From the NCBI GenBank assembly GCA_965116925.1, contig OZ220744.1:5344001-5408000 (forward strand): a DNA stretch of 64,000 nucleotides. Reading direction: 5' to 3'. The notes under the pieces are model-generated. The model was given only the letters and a program-made list of their open reading frames with translations. It was not told the origin of the DNA and did not search any database. Both the position numbers and the translations under genes were made by a program. The stretch is from Candidatus Poribacteria bacterium. Lineage in GTDB: Bacteria; Poribacteria; WGA-4E; PCPOR2b. Numbering within the stretch: position 1 is the stretch's first letter; each line of letters starts with the position of its first letter. Positions 29,832-39,967 of the stretch are shown here, piece by piece.

Positions 29832-30827
29832 ATGTACAATAAACTGACAGATGTTAAACTCAGAACTGGCGAGACGATGGAGGTGGGCGTTATCATTGCC
29901 CCGGACGAAGCGCATGCGGAACAGATTAAACCGTTCCTAGCACACAAAGGAGGCGGTTTCAAGTGGCATCTTGAACGTTCTGTTGTTGAAACGCTCGATG
30001 ATTTGGAGACACGCTTCTACGTCGGCAAAGTGGACGGAGACATCATCGCAAACATTATGATAGTTGAACACGGACACGTCGGTATCCTTGGACATGTTTT
30101 TACAACGCCGACGCAACGTCGTAAGGGTGCTTGTAAATCGGTGATGGAGTTTCAAATGGAGGACTTCCGCCAGCGGGACGGTGAAGCACTCTACCTCGGA
30201 ACTGGATATAACAGCCACCCTTACTATATCTACAACAGTTTCGGCTTCGAGAGTGTTTTCCCCGGTTCGGGCTTCATGAAATACCGTGCGATTGAGGACT
30301 TCGATGACCGGTACTTTGCCACGAGTCCTGTTCACGCAAAGGATGTGGTCTGGCACGATTGGTCGAAGATGACTGCCCTAACCGGGATCGTAGAGGGTGA
30401 CTATCTGCGTAGTATCGCATTCGGCATTTATGGGCCCGCAAATTTTGAGGGCGGCTTTCTTGAGTTCAAACAAGCGTTGGAAGATGGGGATACCTATCAC
30501 GACGCAAAGCTGCTTGAATCGGACTCCGGTGCGATTGTCGGCATGGCTACAATCTCTTGGGATACGCGCTGGCAACCCGACACAGCGGTGTTGGACATGT
30601 TCATCCATCCGAACTTCTATGCGTCAGCATCAACCCTGCTTGAAGCGATTGAGCTTCCAGATGGCAAAATCCAGTGTTACGTTGAATCAGTCTCAACTCA
30701 CAAAGCCGCAGCAGTTCAAAAGGTGGGATTTTACCACGAAGCGACGTTGAAAAACCAAATCCAACATCAGGATAGAGGCGTTGATGTGTTGGTCTTCGCA
30801 CGTAACTATAGTGAATTCAAAAAATAA
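29832..30827 (+). CDS. tandem GNAT family N-acetyltransferase
   Basis: GHVFTTPTQRRKGAC acetyl-CoA motif, YNSFGF; second degenerate GNAT domain at the C-terminus. Confidence 0.82.
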   Translation: MYNKLTDVKLRTGETMEVGVIIAPDEAHAEQIKPFLAHKGGGFKWHLERSVVETLDDLETRFYVGKVDGDIIANIMIVEHGHVGILGHVFTTPTQRRKGACKSVMEFQMEDFRQRDGEALYLGTGYNSHPYYIYNSFGFESVFPGSGFMKYRAIEDFDDRYFATSPVHAKDVVWHDWSKMTALTGIVEGDYLRSIAFGIYGPANFEGGFLEFKQALEDGDTYHDAKLLESDSGAIVGMATISWDTRWQPDTAVLDMFIHPNFYASASTLLEAIELPDGKIQCYVESVSTHKAAAVQKVGFYHEATLKNQIQHQDRGVDVLVFARNYSEFKK

Positions 30828-30909
30828 AGAAACACTTGCGCCCCCCCGGTAGGTGCGGTTTGTAACCGCACCGGTTTGGCGTGTCCCATTAATTCTAAAA
30901 TCTACTATA
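30807..30909 (+). mobile_element. TA-flanked MITE-like element, copy C, inserted in the GNAT stop codon
   Basis: TA-TAGTGAATTC...AATTCTAAAATCTACTA-TA; internal GTAGGTGCGGTTtgtAACCGCACC palindrome. Confidence 0.75.
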
Positions 30910-30967
30910 AACAACCCCGGCATCCAACAATAGAAGTACGGTGCCATCAACCACCGGGAGAAACCAG

Positions 30968-31963
30968 ATGCTTGGTGTCCAACTTTTGGGAAATGAGAGA
31001 GTCACCGTCAAAGAATATCCCGAACCAATACTCACCTATAAGAACGATCTACTGATTCAGGTTAAGGCGTCAGGAATCTGTGGGAGTGAGATGCACGGCT
31101 ACCGTAGCCCAACCCCTCACACGTCTAACGGCGGGCACGAAGTTGCCGGGGAAATTATTGACGCGGGAAGATCAACAAAATTCAAGGTTGGTGATCGCGT
31201 TGGCGTCCACGCCGTTTGGGGGTGCGGGGATTGTCGGTGGTGCGGGGTTGGAAAATATACCTATTGTAATAACCGCACAGGCCGTGATTTGGGAACACAT
31301 GTGGAACGGTTTGCTGCCCCAGACCATGTTTGCCTCAAGCTCCCTGAAGATATTCCGTTCGACGTAGGAGTGCTCCTGACCGGCGATGGCTTTGGGGTGC
31401 CTTACCATGTGAGTCAACGTCTTAACACCAAAGGCGGGGATTTTGTGTGCGTTTTGGGAGCAGGTCCCGTCGGGCTTGGAAACACCATCGTGCAATCCTT
31501 CTTGGGCGCGGAAGTGATAGCTATTGACATCAACGACTACCGACTCTCCCTTGCAAAGGCAGCCGGTGCCGCACATACTATCAATTCAAAGGAGACTGAT
31601 CCCCTTGAGGCGATCGCGGAAATCACCCACGGCATGCTTGTGGATAAGTGCATCGAGGCAGCCGGCCGTCCGGAGACGCTCAGACTTGCCTTCACCTTGG
31701 TTGCGGTGGCGGGGACGATCATGTGCGTTGGGGAGCAAGGAGACCTACCAATTAGCCCAAGCCGGGATCTGATACGAAAGGACTTGACGTTAATGGGAAG
31801 TTGGTTCTATCACTATTCAGAATACCCTGCCATGCTCGATCTGTATCGCCGCGGTTTACCCATTGGACGGATGATTACCGATCACTTTCCACTTGTCGAA
31901 GCACAGACAGCATTTAGCAAATTTGCCAACGGCGAAGCGGGCAAGGTGATGCTTGAACCGTAG
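30968..31963 (+). CDS. zinc-binding (medium-chain) alcohol/sugar dehydrogenase
   Basis: GICGSE, GHEVAG, CGDCRWC...C, GAGPVG. Confidence 0.92.
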   Translation: MLGVQLLGNERVTVKEYPEPILTYKNDLLIQVKASGICGSEMHGYRSPTPHTSNGGHEVAGEIIDAGRSTKFKVGDRVGVHAVWGCGDCRWCGVGKYTYCNNRTGRDLGTHVERFAAPDHVCLKLPEDIPFDVGVLLTGDGFGVPYHVSQRLNTKGGDFVCVLGAGPVGLGNTIVQSFLGAEVIAIDINDYRLSLAKAAGAAHTINSKETDPLEAIAEITHGMLVDKCIEAAGRPETLRLAFTLVAVAGTIMCVGEQGDLPISPSRDLIRKDLTLMGSWFYHYSEYPAMLDLYRRGLPIGRMITDHFPLVEAQTAFSKFANGEAGKVMLEP

Positions 31964-32145
31964 CCGGTGAATTTGATGTTGACACGATTTTGGTGCAATG
32001 ATATATTTGTTTCCACAATAAATAGATGTGGGCTTTTCTCGGAAATAAAGCGTAACGAGTAATGCGTAAGAGGGCAATTTACGCATATATCCCGAAAAAC
32101 CAGTAACAACCTATTCCCTTGGCTCATGTTAGGAAATCGTGCAAC

Positions 32146-32179
32146 AGAAACCGAGCTTTCAAAAAAACTCGGTTTATCT
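32146..32179. repeat. AGAAACCGAG-type REP-like palindrome, copy 2
   Basis: AGAAACCGAGCTTTC-AAAAAAACTCGGTTTATCT. Confidence 0.75.
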
Positions 32180-32246
32180 TCGCGCCATTCCCTGTATTTC
32201 AAACATCGGGCGTAGGGCCCATAAAATGTATTGATAAGGAGAAGTA

Positions 32247-33038
32247 ATGGATCTCGGACTCAAGGATAAAGTTGCAGTTGTTGGGGCATCAAGCAAAGGG
32301 CTTGGCAAAGCCATCGCGCTCGGTCTAGCGGAAGAGGGCACGAAGGTGACAATCTGTGCGCGGGCTGCGGATACACTGGAGGAGACAGCCACCGAAATTC
32401 GTGAAAAAACGGGGGCGGAAGTCTTGGCAGTTCCAGCGGATGTCAGTCAGCCGGGGCAGGTTAGCGGTTTGATTGCCAAAGCTATTGATCGATTCGGCGG
32501 AATTGATATTCTTGTCAGTAACGCCGGTGGTCCCAGGGCGGGTCGGTTCGCAGATCTATCTCCCGAAGATTATCAAACTGCGCTGCATCTTAATCTACTC
32601 AGCACGATTAATCTGTGCCGTGGTGTTGTACCGAGCATGAAGGCACGAGGAGGTGGGCGCATAATCAACCTCACCTCTATTTCTGTCAAACAGCCGGTAG
32701 ATGGATTGATGCTCTCTAACATGGCGCGAACCGGCGTCATCGGGTTCGCGAAAACACTTGCGTCCGAGCTTGCACCCGACAATATTCTTATCAATAATAT
32801 CTGTCCGGGGGTCATCTTCACCGATCGGATTAAACAGCTAGCCACTGTGAGGGCAGAGGAGGCGGGTATCACGTATGAGGAAGCCCTCACAAATATGACC
32901 CAAGAGATACCACTCGGTCGGATTGGAGATCCTAAGGAATTCGCCAATCTGGTTGTGTTCCTCGCCTCCGACCGCGCAAGCTATATCACCGGCACCACGA
33001 TCCAAGTGGATGGCGGTATGGCAAAGGGGTTGTTATAA
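32247..33038 (+). CDS. short-chain dehydrogenase/reductase (FabG-like)
   Basis: GASSKGLG, SNAGGP, SNMAR, NNICPG, SYITGTTIQVDGG. Confidence 0.92.
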   Translation: MDLGLKDKVAVVGASSKGLGKAIALGLAEEGTKVTICARAADTLEETATEIREKTGAEVLAVPADVSQPGQVSGLIAKAIDRFGGIDILVSNAGGPRAGRFADLSPEDYQTALHLNLLSTINLCRGVVPSMKARGGGRIINLTSISVKQPVDGLMLSNMARTGVIGFAKTLASELAPDNILINNICPGVIFTDRIKQLATVRAEEAGITYEEALTNMTQEIPLGRIGDPKEFANLVVFLASDRASYITGTTIQVDGGMAKGLL

Positions 33039-33812
33039 TTGCAAAAACCGGGACAACCGGTGCGTGGGGATACCGCACACCGTCCCCCAACCCTGTCGAT
33101 TATCATCCCAGCCTTCAATGAGGCACAAACGATTCGGCAGGTTATTGAAGCGGTTAAAGAAGTGCCGATCGACACGGAGATCATCGTCGTCAACGATGGC
33201 TCGACTGATGAGACATCTGAGATCTTGGAACAGATGCGCGATGAACCGAATTTAAAAATCCTTCAGCGCAAAGAAAATCGTGGAAAAGGGGGCGCGATTC
33301 GGCTTGGACTGGAACAGGTCACCGGCGAGTTTGTAGTCATTCAAGATGCTGACCTTGAACTCTGTTCGAGAGATCTGATACCAATTATAGAAGCATTGCA
33401 AAAAGGTATTGCCAAAGTGGTCTACGGTTCAAGATTCCTAAACGGTAAAAAACGGGCAAGTCTGAAAACCTACATAGCAAACCGTATGCTTGCTAGTTTT
33501 ACAAATCTGTTGTATCATGTTTATATTACTGATGAGGCAACATGTTACAAGGCATTTAACACGAGTTTGATAGCCAGCCTCAATCTGACCGCTCAGGGGT
33601 TTGAGTTTTGCCCGGAAGTGACGGCAAAGGTGCTACGTGCAGGCTATCATATCCATGAGGTGCCCATTTCCTACTTCCCACGCACAAAACAGGGTGGGAA
33701 AAAACTCCAATTCTGGCGGGAGGGCATTCGCGCAGGTTGGACCCTGTTCAAATATCGCTTTGCCCCCACGTCAAAAATCCTTAAAAAACAAGATTGGTCC
33801 AATAAAAAATAA
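33039..33812 (+). CDS. glycosyltransferase family 2 (DPM1-like)
   Basis: IIPAFNE, VNDGSTD, NRGKG, QDADLE, VYGSRF, D..TCYK. Confidence 0.9.
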   Translation: MQKPGQPVRGDTAHRPPTLSIIIPAFNEAQTIRQVIEAVKEVPIDTEIIVVNDGSTDETSEILEQMRDEPNLKILQRKENRGKGGAIRLGLEQVTGEFVVIQDADLELCSRDLIPIIEALQKGIAKVVYGSRFLNGKKRASLKTYIANRMLASFTNLLYHVYITDEATCYKAFNTSLIASLNLTAQGFEFCPEVTAKVLRAGYHIHEVPISYFPRTKQGGKKLQFWREGIRAGWTLFKYRFAPTSKILKKQDWSNKK

Positions 33813-33926
33813 TTTAATTTTTAGCAAAATTGAATGGTTTTCACCCATCTGAATCTGATCCCGCCAATTTTGCTGTGAAATATAACCAATGGAACATTCC
33901 TAATCGTGATAAGGAAGGAGACTCAA

Positions 33927-34349
33927 ATGGCAAAGCAAGTGAGACGTGAAGTGACTTTGAATATTCCGATACACCCCAATATGGAACTAGTCGCTGCACA
34001 TACCGCTTCTATCATCGCTGAAATCATGGATTTTGAGGAAACTCACATTGATGAGATTCAATTGGCTATCATCGAAACTTGCATCAACGCTTTTGAACAT
34101 AGTAATAGCACAGATAACAAAGTGACAGTCACCTACGTTCTCACAGATGATGACCTGGAGCTAAAAATTACGGATCACGGCGTCGGATTTGGTACAGACA
34201 AAACCAAGCATTTAGTCGGAGAGGCTAGGGCACAAGCCATGCAAAAACGAGGGTGGGGTTTGGAGATTATTCGGGAGATGATGGATGAAGTGGAAATCGA
34301 CAGCGGTGATGGAGGAACAACCATCACAATGCTGAAAAAAAGAGCGTAA
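33927..34349 (+). CDS. anti-sigma factor Ser/Thr kinase (RsbW-like)
   Basis: E.CINAFEH, ITDHGVGF, RGWGL.II..MMDEV HATPase boxes. Confidence 0.88.
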   Translation: MAKQVRREVTLNIPIHPNMELVAAHTASIIAEIMDFEETHIDEIQLAIIETCINAFEHSNSTDNKVTVTYVLTDDDLELKITDHGVGFGTDKTKHLVGEARAQAMQKRGWGLEIIREMMDEVEIDSGDGGTTITMLKKRA

Positions 34350-34403
34350 TCAAAAATAGAAAGCATAACTACCACCTAAAAATTTTGATGAAGGAGGAGA
34401 CAA

Positions 34404-34748
34404 ATGGCGACATCTTTTAGTGTCAACACGCGTACCGAAGACGGTTACGCTGTTATCCAAACGGATGGATATCTGAACGGACCGACGGCAGAACAACTCG
34501 CCGAAACTGCCCAAGGTCTTATGAATCAAGGATACAGCACGCTTGTAATTAACCTTGAGAAAACACGATTGGTTAACAGTATCGGCATTTCCATTCTGAT
34601 TGAGATCATTGAATTGCTTCAAGAGCACGGCGGGTCGCTGCACTTCTGCCATTTAACGCCCGTTATTGAACGGACTTTCAAAATGATGGGACTGGCTCAA
34701 CATGCCGAGATCCATCCCGATGAAGCGGCTGCAACAACCAATTTATAA
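34404..34748 (+). CDS. STAS anti-anti-sigma factor (RsbV-like)
   Basis: GYLN, LVNSIGISIL (phospho-acceptor Ser), F.MMGL. Confidence 0.88.
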   Translation: MATSFSVNTRTEDGYAVIQTDGYLNGPTAEQLAETAQGLMNQGYSTLVINLEKTRLVNSIGISILIEIIELLQEHGGSLHFCHLTPVIERTFKMMGLAQHAEIHPDEAAATTNL

Positions 34749-34859
34749 TTGGATTGGCTGGGCACGACTGAGCTATATTCACCGAATAACACTTCTTCAC
34801 ATCCTCGCAATTTGCAATAGATTATCAATCCCAACCGATTGATCAGAGGTCATCAAAAG

Positions 34860-36683
34860 ATGCAATCCGTTTCCGCTGAAGAAACAATACAACGCCTGAT
34901 TTTTAGCCTGTCTGAGATTGAACAACTGGGTGAGACAATCATCTCTGGGCGCGGTAACTTTAACCTATCAAGTCGGACTTATTTACGAATCATCCACGGC
35001 ACCTTGCAGGTAACCCGTTGCGCGATTTTGCTCTTTCAGCCTACTGAAGATTGCCTTACTGTCGAAGCTGCGATTAATATCAAGGATGAATCGCTGAACA
35101 TTCCAGTGACCGATGACGACATCGCAGCAATACTTGAATCCTCAACCATCGATCCCGCTAACCCGCCCTCTACGTTGAACAACTTTTTCAATCAAATCCA
35201 ACCCCAATTAGAACTTCTTGATGCCAATTTATGGGCACCCCTCAAAATCCGCGATGAATTTCTGGGGATTATTAGTTTAGGCAGTTTTCGGACGCTGGGT
35301 GACATGGACGATTTGGAAGACTGGAATCGAGAGCTCTTGCCTGTGTTAGCAAACCAAATCTCCGTCGCCATCGCTTACTCACGCCTGCTAGACAAGACTC
35401 GCGCGGAACAATTCCGTCTCTTCATGCTATCTGACACCGCCACCCAAATCTGTAAATCACTCGACACGGAGGCTGTGCAGGAAGAGGTAGTGACGCATGC
35501 GATCACGCTGCTGGACGCTAGCACAGGGGGACTGTTGCTCATTAATCCCGTCACACAACGGCTTGAAATGAAATCTGTTTTCGCCCTTGATCCTCAAACC
35601 AATACTGAGTTGGAAAATCTATCGATCCCCCTACAAACGGATCAAGACACTCCGTCCGCACTATCTCTCCTCGCTGAAGTCGCAATACCGGAAGGCGAAA
35701 CGCTGATCTCCAACAATGAAGGGAATGGAGTATTGCTCGGTCGCAGGAATCTGATGGCAGTCCCGATGCGTGGACGTGAAGATACACTAGGGGTGTTGAT
35801 TGTCGCGGATAAGGAGGGAAGAGGAGGAACTACTCTTGATTTTACCGACGAGGATAGGGTTCTGCTTGAAGCTTTCGCCAATCAGGCGGGGGTGGCAATC
35901 GAAAACGCCCAACTCTATCAAGAGGCGCTAGAAGGGCGTCAGCTACAAGCGGAGATGGAGGAAGCCGCAAAGATTCAACAGAACCTGATTCCTGATACGT
36001 TGCCGGAGATTTCTGGCTATGAGGCAACCGGACTTTACTTCCCCCGCGGCGGTGTCGGTGGAGACTACTACGACTGCCTCCCAGATTCAAACGGCACGTG
36101 GGGTCTTGCAATCGCCGATGTCTCCGGCAAGGGGATGCAAGCCGCACTGCTCATGGCGACGTTACGGGCGGGATTGCACTCAGAGGTCACGCGAAAGGAA
36201 GATCTGCCAAGCATGGCAGAAGCACTCAACTCACTGCTCTATGCAAGCAGTACCGACGGCAAATTTGCAACCTTCTTCTACGCTCAGTTACACCCGGAAA
36301 AGGATCAGATAACTTCAGTCAACGCTGGACACAACTACCCGCTCGTCATCCGGCACGCCGGTGGCTGTGATGAACTAGAAAAAGGTGGAGTGATGTTGGG
36401 TATGTTTCCTAACGATGTACTGGCTCAAATCTCAGAGTATGAGCAAGAGACCACCCAACTTTCCAGTGGAGATGTCGTGCTTTTCTACACTGATGGAGTA
36501 ACAGAAACTGTAAACCCCGATGGAGAACTGTACGGGGAAGAACGTCTGGAAGCAGTCGCTACACGCGTAAAAAGCGATAATGTGGATCAGATATGCCAAG
36601 CTATTTACGATGACGTTATCGCATTTCAGGGGGAAGCCCAGCAGTTTGATGACCTAACAATGATGGTGCTAAAGAAAATATAG
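34860..36683 (+). CDS. GAF-GAF-PP2C (SpoIIE/RsbU-like) serine phosphatase
   Basis: Two GAF segments (LANQISVAI, FANQAGVAIENA); VGGDYYD, IADVSGKG, NAGH, YTDGVTE, DDLT. Confidence 0.92.
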   Translation: MQSVSAEETIQRLIFSLSEIEQLGETIISGRGNFNLSSRTYLRIIHGTLQVTRCAILLFQPTEDCLTVEAAINIKDESLNIPVTDDDIAAILESSTIDPANPPSTLNNFFNQIQPQLELLDANLWAPLKIRDEFLGIISLGSFRTLGDMDDLEDWNRELLPVLANQISVAIAYSRLLDKTRAEQFRLFMLSDTATQICKSLDTEAVQEEVVTHAITLLDASTGGLLLINPVTQRLEMKSVFALDPQTNTELENLSIPLQTDQDTPSALSLLAEVAIPEGETLISNNEGNGVLLGRRNLMAVPMRGREDTLGVLIVADKEGRGGTTLDFTDEDRVLLEAFANQAGVAIENAQLYQEALEGRQLQAEMEEAAKIQQNLIPDTLPEISGYEATGLYFPRGGVGGDYYDCLPDSNGTWGLAIADVSGKGMQAALLMATLRAGLHSEVTRKEDLPSMAEALNSLLYASSTDGKFATFFYAQLHPEKDQITSVNAGHNYPLVIRHAGGCDELEKGGVMLGMFPNDVLAQISEYEQETTQLSSGDVVLFYTDGVTETVNPDGELYGEERLEAVATRVKSDNVDQICQAIYDDVIAFQGEAQQFDDLTMMVLKKI

Positions 36684-36775
36684 GCTCATGTCACCAGAAA
36701 GTGCCAAGCGTAAAGAGCGTGAAACGTGATGCGTGAAACGTGAAATGAACCAATGAACTAACAGGGATAAAATTG

Positions 36776-37678
36776 ATGCAAGATCGAGAAGGACAGCGTT
36801 ATCTGGATCCCGCCGCTTTGGCAAAAATTGGGAATCTCGAACTCATTGCGAAATTTGTCGTCGAAGGGTTCATCTCAGGTCTTCATAAAAGCCCCTATCA
36901 CGGTTTCAGCGTCGAGTTCGCACAGTATCGACAATATATGCCCGGCGATGATATCAAACATCTCGACTGGAAAGCCTATGGACGGACCAATCGGTACTAT
37001 ATCAAGCAGTTTGAGGAGGAAACGAACCTCAACTGTTACCTCCTTCTCGACACCAGTGAGTCAATGACCTACGGCTCCGGTGAACTGACGAAGTTGCAAT
37101 ACGCGAGCTATCTTATCGCTTCGATCGCCTATTTCATGGCAAAGCAGCGGGATGCCGTCGGATTCGCGTACTTCGACGAAAGACTCCACGAATACCTCCC
37201 CGCCCGCAGTTCCCCCGCCCATCTCCACGCAATTCTGTTGACGCTTGAACGGATTCAAACCAATAAGCTCACCCAGATGGGGCAACCCATCCACCAGATC
37301 GCCGAACGCCTCACCAAACGCGGATTGGTTATCCTGATCTCCGACCTCTACGAGGACAACCCCGACACGGTTGTGAACGCCCTTGAACATCTCCGCTATG
37401 ATGGACACGAGGTGATTGTCTTTCATGTTTTAGACCATCAGGAGTTAGACTTTGCTTTTGATCGTGTGGCGCGTTTCGTTGATGCCGAAACGGACGAGGA
37501 GGTTATCGCAACGCCGCAGGCGATTCGACAAAGCTACCTCAGCCATCTGCACGATTTCATCAATCACTACAAGTTGGAATTGAGCCGATCCGACATCGAC
37601 TATAACACAATTGACACTGCAACGCCCGTTGATTACGCCCTGTCAGCCTATCTCGCCAAACGGGAGGGGTTGATTTGA
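36776..37678 (+). CDS. DUF58 domain protein (vWA-like MoxR partner)
   Basis: G.HKSP..GFSVEFAQYRQY.PGDD...DWK; LLDTSESM; ISDL. Confidence 0.9.
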   Translation: MQDREGQRYLDPAALAKIGNLELIAKFVVEGFISGLHKSPYHGFSVEFAQYRQYMPGDDIKHLDWKAYGRTNRYYIKQFEEETNLNCYLLLDTSESMTYGSGELTKLQYASYLIASIAYFMAKQRDAVGFAYFDERLHEYLPARSSPAHLHAILLTLERIQTNKLTQMGQPIHQIAERLTKRGLVILISDLYEDNPDTVVNALEHLRYDGHEVIVFHVLDHQELDFAFDRVARFVDAETDEEVIATPQAIRQSYLSHLHDFINHYKLELSRSDIDYNTIDTATPVDYALSAYLAKREGLI

Positions 37679-38052
37679 TAGCTCAAATGGATTGGCTCTA
37701 TGTGTACTACGCTATAAATTATTTGATCGTGTAGCATTTTTACGACGACGGTGTGGCACAGTTCCCACAATCCTCTCGTGAGCATAACATCTCTTAGAAC
37801 CCAGAATCAACTCCAAAGTCCCCTCGGAGAAAGTATTTGCCAAAAAACTCAGTTTCTTATACAATATCTTCAGGTGGTCCAAGAAAATAGCGGTATCGGA
37901 ATTGCGTGTACTTGATGAACAGAGTGCATTTTATTACGGTTCAGTGCTGCTGAATCAAGGTTATTTTAAGTTTGCCAGAAACAGAGAAGAAAGCCACACA
38001 AATTTACTTGTAATACCGATGTATACATTTTACTTACAAAAGGAGATGTTTT

Positions 38053-38448
38053 GTGGAAATTAAATTAAAGAATTCTTTCCAAATTTTGGCTCTTTTAATG
38101 GCAGGCTTGACGTTCAGTATGCCTTTTGTTACCTTCGCCCAACAGAATTCATTACAGGCGGAGGCGATAGTTGCTGCCGAGCGAGACGCTCAGGCCGATG
38201 TTAATAAAGGTCTTTGGTTTTTGGGAGGCTGTTTTGGCAATGTAGTCGGGGTCATTATTGCCTATGCCGTTGAACCTACTCCCCCTGCTACAAAGCTCCT
38301 CGGTAAATCGCCAGAATATGTCGCCTTCTACACCTATGCCTATAGAGAGAAAGCCAAAAGCCTTCAGGCTAACAGTGCTTGGACAGGCTGCACTGTCTTC
38401 ACCGCAGTGTATGTTCTTGGTATAGTGTGGTTTTTGCAACACTGGTAG
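38053..38448 (+). CDS. hypothetical exported/membrane protein; stop codon supplied by a MITE end
   Basis: RBS AAGGAG, signal peptide ...TFA|QQ, LLGKSPEYVAFY; TAG falls within the MITE terminus. Confidence 0.7.
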   Translation: MEIKLKNSFQILALLMAGLTFSMPFVTFAQQNSLQAEAIVAAERDAQADVNKGLWFLGGCFGNVVGVIIAYAVEPTPPATKLLGKSPEYVAFYTYAYREKAKSLQANSAWTGCTVFTAVYVLGIVWFLQHW

Positions 38449-38652
38449 GTCTGCGCTAAAGTGTGGAGTAGTGAAATCGGCATTCAGGCTTGCAAAATCG
38501 TTCATACAGCAACAAGGCATTCATCAGAGAAATCCTCAATGAATACGGGGTTTCGAGGCGTATTACCGATGTATGCCATTTTTGGGTGTGCCTCGGATTT
38601 TGCCCATAATTTCAGACATTTGATGCCTACCACACTTAACTGCGGTGCTACC
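38444..38652 (+). mobile_element. 209-bp MITE, copy 1 (imperfect 23-bp TIR starting GGTAG)
   Basis: Near-identical inverted copy at 49641-49849; TIRs GGTAGGTCTGCGCTAAAGTGTGG / GGTAGCACCGCAGTTAAGTGTGG. Confidence 0.88.
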
Positions 38653-38744
38653 ACAGACCCTAGCCCCTATTATTATCCCTTTACAATAATAATATGGTTG
38701 CAAGTGATATACACTAGCTACCAGACCACTTATTAAAGAAACAG

Positions 38745-39464
38745 ATGTCCAAGAACTTCAGACTCATCCTTCCCTTTTTACTTACCATCCTTTTTTGCAT
38801 AGCACTTCACGCCGCGCCGTTAAAAACCTTCTCCTTGGACTTTACACGAGAATTGACCGAATCGGACAAAACGGAGACCACGACAGGCACCCTCCACTAC
38901 GATGCAAAAGCAGCGCGGGTTGTTGTTGAGGTTACGGAACCGCTTAAGCAGATAATGGTCGTACAAGATAAGGTGCTGGAAATTTATTATCCCCCCGAAA
39001 ATCAGGCGTTCCGCTTCATCGCCAAAAGGCGGATTCCACTTCCATTTGTTGAATCTATCATCCAGTCAACACAAGCAGAGTACGGGCTGACCGCCATCGG
39101 GTATTCCCTTGACCGGCATGAGATAACAGACAATGTGCTCTATACCTATTGGGTGCCACCTAAGAAAGCAAAGGATAAACTTGGCACCATTATTCTGAAA
39201 AACCGTGATGGTGGACTCATCTCTGCTGAAGTTAAAACCCCTGAGGGCAAACTCAACGCAAAGTCGTTTTATCGGAAGCACGTCAGACTCGGCACTAGCC
39301 ATATTCCCATGGAGGTTGCTTCTAGCATATATGGTCCCAACTCCGAAGTGCTGGAGCATGAACGCATCGTCTATAGCAATCCACAACTCAACGCCCAACC
39401 GCCAATCCCAATCCTCCAGTTTGAGATTCCGAAATCTGCAAAAGTCAAAGAGATTGAATGGTAA
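38745..39464 (+). CDS. secreted protein, possible LolA-like fold
   Basis: Signal peptide ...LHA|AP; F.LDFTRE...GTLHY...V.EPLKQIMV....L.IYYP..NQA pattern. Confidence 0.55.
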   Translation: MSKNFRLILPFLLTILFCIALHAAPLKTFSLDFTRELTESDKTETTTGTLHYDAKAARVVVEVTEPLKQIMVVQDKVLEIYYPPENQAFRFIAKRRIPLPFVESIIQSTQAEYGLTAIGYSLDRHEITDNVLYTYWVPPKKAKDKLGTIILKNRDGGLISAEVKTPEGKLNAKSFYRKHVRLGTSHIPMEVASSIYGPNSEVLEHERIVYSNPQLNAQPPIPILQFEIPKSAKVKEIEW

Positions 39465-39471
39465 TCTCTCC

Positions 39472-39763
39472 TAACGCAAGTTGCTAGTTGAAAAACACCG
39501 TTAAAAAATCCTCGGAATTTTCATAGTTTTCATAGTTTTTTGAAAAAGTTACGAAAAATAAAAAAGCGGAGAATCCATGCTATGACTGGTTTCTGTGCAA
39601 TTTATAGGGGAAAGAGACTTGGACATACTATGAAATTCATGTTGTTTCCAATCTCTGATGCTTGGCTGGTTAATAGGGTCATTTAATTCTTCAGGCGGGG
39701 CAAGATGCCCCGCCTACCGGGTGGCTAATGACTCTAGCTGGTTAAAAATGGCAACTTGCGTTA
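39472..39763. mobile_element. 292-bp MITE-like element with perfect 13-bp TIR
   Basis: TAACGCAAGTTGC (39472-39484) / GCAACTTGCGTTA (39751-39763); internal REP-like palindrome at 39693-39717. Confidence 0.6.
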
Positions 39764-39849
39764 TTCTATATCTTTATGGTATCCTCTCTCCCTCTAATCC
39801 TCGATTCAGTCCTCCGGTATTTTTTTTGTAAATAATTTGTAAAAAAAAC

Positions 39850-39878
39850 TTGACAAACGTTTTGCAGCAATTTATAAT
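39850..39878 (+). promoter_or_regulatory. consensus sigma70 promoter of the porin-imelysin operon
   Basis: TTGACA, 17 bp spacer, TATAAT. Confidence 0.8.
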
Positions 39879-39893
39879 ACTACAAAATCAATA

Positions 39894-39914
39894 TGCGAAT
39901 GAGTCTCAATATCA
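39894..39914. promoter_or_regulatory. Fur-like box 1
   Basis: TGCGAATGAGTCTCAATATCA, 15/21 match to TGATAATGATAATCATTATCA; just downstream of the promoter. Confidence 0.65.
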
Positions 39915-39967
39915 TTTATTAAAGAGATCAATCGGGCAAAAGATGCCCGTTTTTATTTAACATTACA

